Below the pieces are notes generated by a model that did not search any database, had not been told where the DNA came from, and saw only the letters and a list, made by a program, of their open reading frames with translations. From the NCBI GenBank assembly GCA_021613535.1, contig CP075497.1, positions 10,602,001 through 10,666,000 of the forward strand: a stretch of 64,000 bases of DNA, written 5' to 3'. This document shows, one piece after another, positions 13,409 to 26,400 of this stretch. Within the stretch, counting starts at the first letter, position 1, and every line of letters starts with the position of its first letter. The translations under genes were made by a program, and so were the position numbers. The DNA is from Adineta vaga. Lineage: Eukaryota > Animalia > Rotifera.

Positions 13409-15451
13409 ATGTATCTAGTTAAATCTTCGTCATTATGTCGTTTAAATCAATCAAAACATCTATTTCGTCGAACATTCTTTAATCAAACTTATATCAATGG
13501 TCAATGGGTTTCATCTCAAACTGGTGAAACGTTTAAAGTTTATAATCCATCTACCGGTGAAGAATTAGGTAGTGTACCGAATTGTAATAATCAAGATGCA
13601 GAAAAAGCGATTCAAGCAGCATATGATACATTCAATAATAAATGGTCGATTAAAACAGGAAAAGAACGAAGTGTAATTCTGAGAAAATTTAATGATTTAA
13701 TATTGAAAAATAAAAATCATCTTGGGAAAATCTTGACCGCTGAAATGGTAATGAAATATTTCGAGGAAGAAGAAAGAAGTTTTTGAATACTTTTCTGAAT
13801 GAATAGGGTAAACCATTGAAAGAAGCAGTTGGAGAAATTGTTTACGGTGCGAGGTAGGAATAGAGATAAATTTGAATCATTCTATTCTTTTATTCTAATT
13901 TAGTTATATTGAATGGTTTGCTGAAGAAGCAAAACGTATTCATGGCGATGTACTTCCCGTTGCAGTAGCAAATCGTCGTTCATTTGTTATTCGTCAACCA
14001 GTTGGTGTTTGTGGTTTTATTACACCATGGAATTTTCCAAGTTCAATGATTTTACGTAAAGCGGGTCCTGCACTTGCTGCTGGTTGTACCATTGTTATTA
14101 AGCCAGCTGAAGATACACCGTATTCATGTTTAGCTCTTTGTGATGTAAATAGAAATGAAATTCAATGTTTTCATATTTTCTTTTCTTTTCATTGATTAGT
14201 TAGCAAAAGAAGCAGGTTTTCCTGACGGTGCAATTAATGTCTTGACGAGTACTCGTTCAGCTGAAATTGGTAAATATCTCTGTGAACATCCATTGATTTC
14301 GAAAATGTCATTTACTGGATCAAGTAAAGATTATCCTCGTTGTATATATATCTATCTCTATTAAATTCTTTCTGTTCGTTACGTTTTTTAGCTGAAGTTG
14401 GAAAAAAAATTATGGCTATGTGTGCATCAACTGTTAAAAAAATATCATTAGAACTTGGTGGCAATGCACCATTTCTAATCTTTAATTCTGCAGATATTAA
14501 ACAAGCTGTACAAGGAGCAATGGCATCGAAATTTCGTGCTTCAGGACAAACATGTGTATGTGCAAATCGAATTCTTGTGCAAGATGTAAGAAAGAAATTC
14601 GATTGATTAAATAAATATTTAATATGATTTTTATTAGGGTATTTATGATGAATTCGTTGCGGAATTTACAAAGAAAGTGAAAGAACAAAATGTGGGTGAT
14701 GGTCTTGATGATAAAACACAGTTAGGACCTGTTATAAATAAAGATCAATATGAAAGAGTTATTGATTTTATTGACGATGCAAGAAAACAAGGAGCAACGA
14801 TTGTAACTGGTAAAGATGATAATATTGGATGATTTATACGAAAAATAATTTGATATTTGTTTTGAATAGGTGGAAATGAGAAAAAAGGTAAAAATTCTGG
14901 ATTTTTCGTTCAACCAATTGTGGTTACTGATGTTAAACTATCAATGCGTGTAGCAAAGGAAGAAATATTTGGACCTGTTGCTGCACTTATTAAGTAATAT
15001 ACAAACGAAGTCTGATATGAAATGATTTTCTTTCTATTTCAATAGATTTAAAACTGAAGATGAAGCAGTTAAAATTGCTAATTCAGTCGATGTCGGTTTA
15101 GCTGGTATGTTAATCTTCTATAGAAAATTAACGAAAACAATCTCTTTACTCTACATATTTAGCTTATCTATATAGTCAAGATTTATCCCAAGTATGGCGT
15201 GTTGCTGAACGACTTCAAACTGGTATGGTTGGTATCAATGAAGGAATAATTTCATCAGTTGAAGCACCTTTCGGTAACAAATCGAAATTTTAGTATTCCT
15301 ATTGTTTTTTCTAAACTCTTCTATCATTAAAGGTGGTATTAAACAAAGTGGTTTTGGACGTGAAGGTTCCAAATATGGTATAGATGATTATGTTAACATG
15401 AAATATCTATGTATGGGTGGTTTAAAAGATGTTGATCGAAGTTCGCAATAA
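13409..15451 (+). CDS. ALDH5A1: Mitochondrial succinate-semialdehyde dehydrogenase
   Basis: Mitochondrial-type presequence; [71 protein letters not shown]. Confidence 0.95.
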
Positions 15452-15668
15452 TTCTCTTATCTATTTTATTCTTTTTCAATGACGAATGTTTTATCCATTC
15501 CATATCGACATATGAATGACGTTTTTTAGTTCAAAACTATGATTAAATATACTCGCGTGATAAACAACACATTCTTCTAGTTCGATAGATTTAATATGAA
15601 AAAAGAAAACAAATAAAATTTAAAGGTCCATTTTTGTTTTATTCTTTCATGTATTTGTGTATAACTGA

Positions 15669-16081
15669 ATGACTAATCATGAATCTGATAGAACAAACGA
15701 AATGAAAGGAAGAAAATCCAGTGATTTGTCTATTTCTTTGGATTCCGAGTGCATTTCCAATCGAAATGAATTCTTTATTCATTCTTCTTTCTCTAACATT
15801 TCTCATTTTCATTCAAAACGTCGACAACGACGACGACCACGACGACAACTGTATCGTCATACATTGCTCGATTGTGCTTTTCAAATTATTATCCTACATC
15901 AATAACTTTAATATCACGAATTTCAATGATCACACTAATTAAATCAATATCTTTAATAACTAATCATCATTTACAAAAGCACAATTGTAATCCACATTCA
16001 TTTGCACGTGGCTTTGATGATTTTGTTGTATCATGGCCACCAACAACGAACAATACAACGAGCATCACAGATGACAAGTAA
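15669..16081 (+). other. Possible small orphan gene split over two overlapping frames
   Basis: ORFs 15669-15905 and 15872-16081 overlap and look coding-like, followed by a U/UG-rich 3'UTR-like stretch with AATAAA near 16470. Confidence 0.3.
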
Positions 16082-16604
16082 TAAAAAAAGAGAAAGTTTT
16101 TTTTTGTATACAAATTTCAATGATGCTCAAACAAATATGTGCACGTGTATAATTATTTTTCTATTTGATCTCGTATTTCTTTACATATTTAAATTTTTTT
16201 TTCCTCTTTGTGTCACTGTCTGATATGTTCAACAGTATGTTGTGTATGTGAAAATACTAAAAAAGTAATAATTAAACACAACAATTTGTCAGTTGTATGT
16301 ATACGCGTTAGATCGTATGAATACAATATGATGAAGAACAGCGAAGATAGTATTTTCTTTTTTCAATTTTTTTTTGTTACTGTGTTATTGAATAGATCTA
16401 TGTGTGCAATGATTTAGTATTCAAGATTTTTTTCCTATTTTTCTTTTTCATTTTTCTATTTTCTATAACAATAAACAAAGTATAAATTTTCTTGAACGAT
16501 TTAAATATAATAAAACAAAAAATCTAGAAAAAAAAACAATTTCTATTCTTTTTATTCGCAAATCCAGTCATCAACATGTCTTTTCAGATTTTCCATACAA
16601 AAAT

Positions 16605-17261
16605 ATGTCGGATTTACCACCAGGTTGGGTTAAGAAAGTTTCCAGTCGTACAGGTATGTGAATATTTTCTTTTAGAATAAATCTTATTCAATGAATTCTA
16701 TAGGCAAAGAATATTACATTGATCCCGCAACAAATGAAAGTCAGTGGGAACATCCGAATTCGATGAGTGGTAAACCATCAGGCGGACGTAAAGCAGCAAG
16801 TGGTGATCAAGTTCAAGTACTTCATATTCTTGTTAAACATACAGGTTCACGTAATCCAAAGAATTATAAAGGTGAAACAATTACACGTAGCAAAGATGAA
16901 GCTCGAAAGAAACTTGATGGTTTGTATTACAAAAAAAACACAAATTTGCTTTTCTTATAATATGAAGATATTTATATAGATATTATCAATGAATTAAATA
17001 ATACAAGTGATCTAGAATCAACTTTCCGTCGTATTGCAAAAGAGAAAAGTGATTGTAGTTCTGGTCAACGTGGAGGTAAGAAGATTTATTTGTGTTATTT
17101 GATGACTGATGTTTGAGATTGATTTAGGTGATCTTGGTATGTTTGGACATGGAGCGATGCAAAAAGCCTTTGAAGAAGCTTCATTTGCTTTAAATGTTGA
17201 TGAAATGAGTAAAGTTGTTGATTCTGATTCTGGTTTACATGTCATTCTACGCATCGCTTAA
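16605..17261 (+). CDS. PIN1: Peptidyl-prolyl isomerase Pin1 (WW + parvulin)
   Basis: [34 protein letters not shown] (WW); [12 protein letters not shown]...TRSKDEA...[31 protein letters not shown]...[10 protein letters not shown]. Confidence 0.95.
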
Positions 17262-17572
17262 CATCAATTTCTCTTCTTTTTCTTCTTATTTCATTAAAAC
17301 ATTATTTTTAAATTCTAAAAATCTGTTTTTTTGTTTGATCGTTTGTCTTTAAAATAAAAACTCGATTATTATTAATCAACGCGATATTTCTCTAACATAT
17401 AATCTATCGACTAGAAGGTCTGATTTTGTTTTGCTTATTCAGCCATATTTTCCGATTGTATACAATGACAAATATCGCTAGTCTTTGGATAGAACATCGG
17501 CAAATGTGCGAACATAGTATTCTCGTTTTTTTTTATCTACACCCTCTTTTTTTCTGGCTTATTAACCACATG

Positions 17573-17600
17573 GATAGATAGATAGATAGATAGATAGATA
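17573..17600. repeat. (GATA)n microsatellite
   Basis: About 7 perfect GATA units. Confidence 0.9.
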
Positions 17601-17987
17601 TATTGTCACAAACAAAAGCCGACAACGTAATAATCAATCAACAACAATAATAACAGCAATTCTAATCGAATGAGGAAAAAAAAGAAAACGAATGTTGTTT
17701 TGAAGAATCAAGAGAGATGTAAAAGGTGACGAAAGTCAATCTTGAGATAATAAACGAAGTGTCATACGAGAGTGTAAATCATTGTTATAACGAATGTTTT
17801 CTTGTTGATTACTATACCATATTTATAAGTTTATTCTTAACCTAAAGAGTTCTTTGTCGCTTTTATAGTAATCTATCAACCCACTGAGAGAAAGAAAATA
17901 TGATATATATTCTATCAACACAACCACAACCATTTATTTTTAACAATCAAACATACGATTAGAGAAGAGATACGTACAAATAGACTA

Positions 17988-19600
17988 ATGTCGTCGCAAG
18001 TTCTTCCAGTTTATCGTCCAGAGAATAATTCAACGATTGGAAATTCGATTAATAATAGAAATGAAATTTGGTTTGATGCATTTAATTTTGCACCTGGTCA
18101 AGATCAAACTATTCGATGGTTAAATCGACCTAATCAACAATTGGTACAAGAAAAATATCCTTATGATATTGAAAAATTTCGTATTACATTTGACGCGGAA
18201 AATTTTCAACCAGAACACATTAAAGTAGATCAAATCACAAATTTTCTATTGCTAAGCTGATTTTGCTTCTTTCGATTTAGATTTATATTCAAAATTATAA
18301 ATTAACGATTACTGGTATCTATGAAGAACGAAGTGAAGGACGTCATATGCAAAAACAATTTGAAAAATCTTATGATATCCCATATAGTGCTGATGTTGAA
18401 TTGATGGCTTGTTATATCACACCAGTTCATATGTTAGTTGTTGAAATTCCATTACAACAAAATTTACAACCACACATCTCACAAGGAGATCATTTAAATG
18501 TGAATAAGATGATCAATGATAATCGTCGTTTATCATTTTCTTTGAATAAATATAATACATTGAATAATCAAGGTCTATCATCAACATCAAATAATTTATC
18601 AACTTTACCACCGCCTGGTCAACAAATGCGACGATCATCAATTACAAAAACAACAACGACAACGACTGGATCAACGCCACTTCCACCTGAAGCGGCTGAA
18701 TTATTACGCAGTGCAGAAACAACAACTGGTGGTACTCATACCTATAGTACACATGTAACTGAACGTCGACCATCAAACGTAATCATTAATGAATCTGCTC
18801 TACCACCACAACCACCCATCACATCGACAAATAATCAAGGAAAAACAACTACAATTTTAACAAGTGCCGGTAAGATTCAATCTAATTCAATGTATTTCTG
18901 TACTTAAAATCTGTATTTTCGATAGATTTGGCGAATTTACCTATTGAAATTCCTCCGGAACTCTTAGCTTCTGGTGGTACAATTACAATTCAAAAACGAA
19001 AAGTTTCTGTAACAAAAACTGCTGATTCAAATGCAGCTCATTCAACACCAGTACCATCAACAAATAATAATCCTACCTATGTAACTTCATCAACAACAAT
19101 ACCAGCAACAAATAATTTAACACAACCTATGACAAATGAACGACGTAACTCCAGAGTATGTCAATGAATAATTTGTCTCAGTATCTATATAGATTTCATA
19201 TTTAGACTATTTCAACGAGTAATCAACGACGCACAGTTACACTTGATGAATTTCTTCAAAATAAATCATGGAATCCATCGATTATTGATAGTTCTGATGG
19301 TAAAAAGATTCTCTTAATGCGTTTACAAATGAAACCAGAAACAACAGCTGATCAATTGAAAGTTACATTGAATGGAATTGTTCTTCGTGTTGAAGTTGAT
19401 GCTAAAACATCACCAGAAACTGGTCGATTTATGAGTATGAATATTCGAATTAAATTGTCAAATAATATCTGAAATTATTATCTTTAGATGAACATAGTTA
19501 TCGTCAAATAACTCTCTTTCCAACATGCGAAATTGAACAATTAAAAACTGAACTTAGAAACGATGGATGTCTCTATATTCAAGTACCGATTAGATTATAA
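17988..19600 (+). CDS. Small heat-shock protein with two alpha-crystallin (HSP20) domains separated by a long S/T/P/N-rich linker
   Basis: ACD1: KFRITFDAENFQPEHIKIYIQNYKLTITGIYEERSEGRHMQKQFEKSYDIP...MLVVEIP. ACD2: LKVTLNGIVLRVEV...SYRQITLFPTCEIEQLKTELRNDGCLYIQVP. Confidence 0.8.
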
Positions 19601-22600
19601 TCGAAACATTGATGATTGATTCAAGAAGAAAAAAACATTTCTAATTTTCATAATTATCTATCCTGCGATGCTATTTCTCCCAATTCAATATTTGTTATCT
19701 TGCGAATAATATTTTGTTTATTTTAATAAAAAAATATTCACTGCTTTTGATATCGATGTCGAGATTTTAGTCATGTTCAGTCTAGTATAAAGATATATGG
19801 AATAGAACATATCCGTGACATGTTATCATTGTTGTTTGGGAAATAAAAACTCGACTTAGACGAAGTAATACTCAATAAGTAAAGATTTTTTTTTCGTGGC
19901 AGTAATTCTACCTTTGCATCTTTTTTTTTATTGATATACGGTCGTATTTCGTGTTTCGATAGTCATCAAGTAGGAAGGAATCGGAGAAGAGATCCTTATT
20001 TATAACAAACTGTAACCATTTTTCATTTTTCTATATGATCCCCTTACCTTGATTCGATACTTTATAATGTGAAAATTTCTCCGTTCAATGAGAACAAAAA
20101 CATCTGTACAGTTTCAACTGGAATGCCATCTTTCGAGCTTTCCGATTTTCCATTGGCTAGTGACACACGTATTGAAAAAAAAGGAACATCTAATATAGTC
20201 CCTTCTCTTCTTCTATCCATATATATATATGTATGAATGTTGATATAACTGATTGATTTAGTATAACAAATAGGTTCGCTGACCCGTATATCGATGCGTA
20301 CAATTGCTTTTGAATTGATTAATAATGTTTTTTTCTCTATGTCTCGTACAAATTTCTATTCTCACTCGTGAATTTGTCCATACATCGTTTAATAACTACC
20401 TTAACGACAGGTTCATCGTTCTTTCAATGATGTTGTCGCGCTCATTTTACCTTGTTTCTTCTTTCAAAGATCAACTCAACCTAGTTCATTGTCAACAAGA
20501 ATATTGTTTTTCCCCATAACGTCGTAAAAAATCCAATCTTGGCATGTTGTAAGGCTCAATAAATGAAATGAATCTACGATAAACTATTCAAAATGCACTT
20601 GATATTACATTTGGGAATCATTCTACAGCTGGCAGACATATTGTTTGTTATTTTCTTCATGTGGTTATTTTATTATTCATAACATTCATAGTTCAGTTAT
20701 ATTCGGTGAAGTGGTTGCCTTTAGCAATGAAATCCAATTTACTACTACAAAATTCAAATTCAGATATGGCAAATGTCATTTGTTTTTTGTTCTAGATATT
20801 TTGTTATGATCGTTGATAGTTGTTCAATATGATCTATTGTCAACCATGTGAAGTATATTTTGTATGGATACATGAGAAGATTTCTTATAGAGTAAATAAT
20901 TGGTGTGCTGTTCTATTTCTGATGTGTTGGAATCTTTTTATTCTCCATAGTAAAGATGTTGTTTCAGAATGATTACCAAACTTTTGAGTAATACAATATG
21001 TATGTTCTCTTTGCTGAGAAGAAAGAACATACAGAAGCATATGTTTTTATCTTCATATATCTTGTCATATGTGTATATTTTTCTTGGACATCAAAGAACC
21101 GATTTCTTTGAGATGTTCTTTCAATCAAACAAACCTATATTTGTTTCATTTTCAGATAAATAATATTATTTTCTAAAATATTTTATCTTCAAATGTCATA
21201 TATCATTCTTCAAATTCTGTACTTCACAAATCTAATCAATTCTTTCTCCTATTCGACTAATGGTAAGATAACTATAGGATTTTAAGATATCTCAGTTATT
21301 CCTTATTAGAATATGATATACTGTTTATATCTTGTTTTATTTATTCATATAAACAAGTACTTCGGTTGTTTTTGTTTCATTCGAAAGGCATTGGTAACCA
21401 TTAGCTCTAAAGACTATGGGAGAGAACCTTTTCGAAGTATTTCCAACTACACATAAAACACAACAGCGAATCAAATAACCTGAATTTTTCTTTTGTTCGT
21501 CATTTAACCTTTCTAGTTTAAAAGATCATTAAATGCCTATGTTAACAATATTGATAAAGAATTTCCTTTAGTTTTTTTCTGCTTTTGATATATCTATTTT
21601 AATCATTACATTGTTTGATGCTTGTTGTAAGCCGTTTGAGTAAGATTAGTAATGTTATTAAGAAATTCGTCTATTTCAATGACATTTGTCATCGAAATGG
21701 AAATGATAATTATTATTTCAAATATTATTCAATCGAAGATGTATGTCTTATTACTAATGCAATTTGTTGCCATCTTTTTGCTCTTCTCATTTATCTAGTA
21801 ATCGAAAAAGCTTCGCCGCTTGTTTGTTGTTTATATCATCTCAAATAGACAAAAGAAAAAACCGAGAGAGAAAAAAAGGACATTCCCTACTTCGTCAACT
21901 CTTTTGCCTTTTTTTTTCTTCATTATTATTATTCTTCTTTTGTCTCATCTAAATAATGATAATCTGTCTTTTTTGCTTTCTTCTCATTGAACTCGAAAAA
22001 ATAATAATGTAATGTCAATTAAGTAAGTTTTATACATGTCCTAGAACTCTTAATCATTTACATAGGAGCTGTTATATCTTAAAGTTTCATTGACTTGATG
22101 AAGCCTGATATTATCGAGTGAGTCCATTAAGTATCCAACTAATTGTGGTTGTGAACATTACTTCTTCTTTTTTTTTTCATTTAACTCTGTTCCATGACCC
22201 GACATACAAAGGTGTTCTTTCGTTCTCTTTCTCTCTGCCTAGGATTGATTGAAATAAGAGAGAAGAAAAAAGTAACAATGTTTCTTTGTTTTGCTTTTCT
22301 TTCTCTCTATTCAAATAGATTTTCTTCATGAAGTCAGCGAGATAGACATTTTTTTACTTCATCTCTTTTCTCTTTCTTAGTACCACCCATTAACCGATGA
22401 ATGTATGTATATCCATACATGTGCATGTTTTTCTCCTTCTCTTGTGTAATAGCTACATGAAACTAAGCTATTGAATTCTTTTTTTTAAATTTTCATTCGC
22501 TTCTACATGTATAATCGTGATGAGTGAGAGTGAGAATAAAATTGCTATCTCTGTTAGTCATTGAACACGCAAAGTAGATCTATATTCATTCTATAATTCT

Positions 22601-23418
22601 TTTCTTGCATGTCATGCTTTTACTTCTATATCGATTTTGTTTCTCTTTCGATGAAGTTGAAATCCGATTGGGACGCTTGGTGAGATTAGCTTCATTCATT
22701 TATATCGATGACTATCGTACTTCGTTAGGTTTTTGATAAATAATAAAAAAAATGGATCTTATTCATCTTTCGACATATATACATGCCTTCGCTCTACGAC
22801 ATCATTCTCGTTTGTGCAAAAATGCAAATCTATTGGAATGTCATCATCATTAGCACACTTAGATAGGAGAGAGAGAGAGAGAGGGAAAATTGAGAGTAGC
22901 AAAAGAAAAGAAGAACCTACGGACAAATACAAAGCAAAGTAGAACGATAACTCATAATCATTTTTTTTATAATCAGAATGAGTCTCGTTCGCAATACTCT
23001 TTTTCTTTTATTACTTCTCCTACTCTTTTCTTCGTTTTCCCCCTCTTTCCTTCTTCTTCTCTTTATTAAGATAAGCATTATTGTCTGTTTTTTTACCGAA
23101 TATAAATGTGATGTTTTTCTTGAAATTTAAACTGCTGTTTATTTAGTCTGTATGAACATCTGATGTCTTGATGAGAATTAGTTAAGAAGTTAATTCGATC
23201 AATTTTCTCATATGATTAGAAAAAGAGTAGAACAAGATAAGATGTCGAAAATAATCAAAATCAACATCATCCCAGAGGACGATGTGTTGGGAAAAAAGTA
23301 GTCCGTCACTTTCTTTTTAACTATATTCATTCGATAGATTATGTTTTGCTTCTTTACTTCAGCTATTTCGATACATATGTGTAAATGAATGATTATAACT
23401 GAATAAATAATCGACGAA

Positions 23419-26400
23419 ATGGAACAGCTAGATTACCAAACGAATCACGAAGAAAATAATCTGAATAATGAAAAATCAACTGAAGATGATTTTGAAGAAG
23501 GTTTCTTTTCTTAAATTAAATCTCAAGAAAATATTATTACATTTTATACTTTTAGACAATTATGAACTATCCGTCACACCAATACCAGAAATCATGAATG
23601 ATGAAGAAAATGATGAGGAAAATATTGAACCCATACAATCTTCGAAGTTTCAAGTAAATATATTCATTTAAAGACAATAGGTCTATAAAAGATAAGTGAA
23701 TTAAGTAAAAATACACATGTTGTTTTGAAAAATTATACGGTTCATTGTCACAGACTTCATACTGTCGTTTCCCTCTTTTTCATATGGCTTGTATTCATCA
23801 ATTAGTGTCGAATCGTTGAATATTCAGACTTAGATGTGTATGTCTTCACATCTGTCTATCTTTCTTTAGTTATTGCTTCCTTCTGTCCAGTCCTTTCGAT
23901 CAATCTATTGTCCTTGCTATAGGCATTATTATTAGGAAAAAACTGATGAACTAAAGAATGTATTGCTCATTGATAACAATGAGAAGAGAAAAATATTTCA
24001 CATCCGTTGTCAGTTGTACGTCTTGTCTGTCATAAAGAGATTGTTCAAAATATTGCTGGTCTCCTATGTTAATCGCATGTCATTTATTTTGTCTCATTCG
24101 TTGTCTTTTTTCCTCTATCATTCTTTTTTTTTTCATGCCGCCATTGCCTTCTGTTCGATGACGATGATGACAAGAGTTAGGATCGTTTTTTAGCATATAG
24201 ATTGGCAAAAAGAATTCAACGTCTGATTGATCCATCTCTAACTTGTCGTTGTCTCTTTCTCTAGCACTTGTTACTCATGCTCGCGTTCAAAATTCCATTG
24301 CAATCGATGTCTTCTTCGAATATTTTTTTCCTCTTTCTTTCTTTCTTTCTTTCTTTCTTGTTCCTCTCTCTCTCTCCCTCGGAATCGTGCCATCCTTTGT
24401 ATTGACAGATGGAAGAGGATAGTTTCTCTGTAGAAGAAAAGGACGACGAAAAGGAAGAATCTAGAGGAGAAAAAGAAGATAGAACGAGAGATGACGAAGA
24501 ACAGCCATTGAGAAAAAAAAGAGATGGGCATAAATGAGAAATTAGATTGATAGAGCAAACGAACTATATGTTTTGGCATTGAGACAGCGGTCTAATATTA
24601 CTTGCTATCCATTTTTTTCTACTACGACGATAATAATACTAGTAGCGATATTGTCAGATCGCATGAGTCAACTCATATAAGATATGCCCTCCTTATCATC
24701 AACTAATACCAGTTCTACTACTACAACGGGAGCAAAATCTCGTCGAAAACATCATCACCATCATCATCATCGTCATTCGCATCGTCACGTGAGTGTTTCC
24801 TTGTTTAGTTTGATTGTTTAAAATGAAGAAGAAGGAGAGAAAAAAAATCGATCTAAGTAACTTATAATTGAAAAATGGATCGATTGTGTCTGTCTTTCCA
24901 ACATTGAGAGTGCACAACAAGTATATAGGCAACTCATCCTCTTAATTGCATGTGTTGATCGTTGTCGACCCGTCTACCCAAGAGTGTTCTCACACTTTAC
25001 TATCGATCTATTGTTATGACTAAACTACCCGACTTTGCTCTGTGTAATTCTCATAATTGCTTCATTGCTTTGTTTGCTTTTTTTTCTTGACCAGACATTA
25101 TTATAGTTTCGAGAAAAAAATGATAGACACATACAGACCCGTTAAGGTGGGAGTTGATGTTCTATAACTAGTACAGAACAAAATGTCATCAGTACCATTA
25201 TAGATTCAAGGATAATAAACTAGTTCGGTAATCATCAACGGAAATAACGAAAAGATAAAAGAGGAAGAAAAAATCGTTAAGAAAAATGTATTTACTCGTG
25301 GATAAACACCTGTTTCCTTTCTATGTTCTACAGGTTGATGAAAATGCTCCTCAACAACAATCATCATCTGTAATCGTTACAACTCCTGACGATAATGGAT
25401 CGTTATCGGCGACAACAACAGCAATAACAACAAAAACTGACGATAGAGAATCTCCTGTGAATCACCATACACTCCGTAAGAAAAGAAAAGAAAATATTGA
25501 CAAAATAAATCCTTAATAAACATTTATTTCTTTTTCCCGTATTACAATTGCATATCATAATTCACATGTTCTGGTATTTTCCCTAACATTTATTTAACTT
25601 GTGGAGAAAAACCAAAAGAGTAAAAGATATTTCTTGATTATCTAAATAATACCAATACAGTTATAAGTATTTCATATTCTCTGGGGACAACAATAAAAAA
25701 AATTGGATTACCAATCCAATCATCAGTAGACATCACATCTTTTTTCCCTTTATCTTAGGTGAAAATCAACAAATATCCGATCGCTCATCTCCTGTCAACG
25801 GTCCTGGTTTAGCTAAACCTGTATCAATGACATCTTCATTAAAAGAACATCGCTCTTCTGCAACAGTCAATGCAGCTGGAAAAAAGCGTATTGATGCTGC
25901 TTTAGAAAAAAATATTGAAACAATTGTTACACAAGTTCGTCGTACGACAACTAAACCATCACAATTAACACAAAATGATTTACAATTATTCGATAGTACT
26001 TCATCAACAAATAGTATAAAGAATGGTCATCATTCACGTGAAACAACACCAATTACATCTATGAATAATCATAAGCATGTTTCATCATCATCATCACGTG
26101 AAATGACACCCGATTCTATTAATGCTGATTCAGCCAATGAGGATCAACAACAAACGATTCGAAATGGAAATCATCATGAACGTTTTATACATCCTCAATC
26201 TCCTTCATCAACTACTGCTGATTTAACTGCACCAGTTATTCCATCTTATGGTCAACAGCCATGGCCTCCTACTGTTTATCCATTTACTCATCAACATCCT
26301 GGACTATATTTACCTTATCCACCCTCCTCATCAGTCGCAACAACATCTACACCAACCAATGGTTTACCACCATTTTATCCATCCTATGATCCGTTATTAA

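Noticed and set aside
20300-21500. Coding-like composition suggesting a pseudogene or TE relic
   Set aside because: The frames I translated are interrupted and show no recognisable motif; needs tBLASTx or RepeatMasker.
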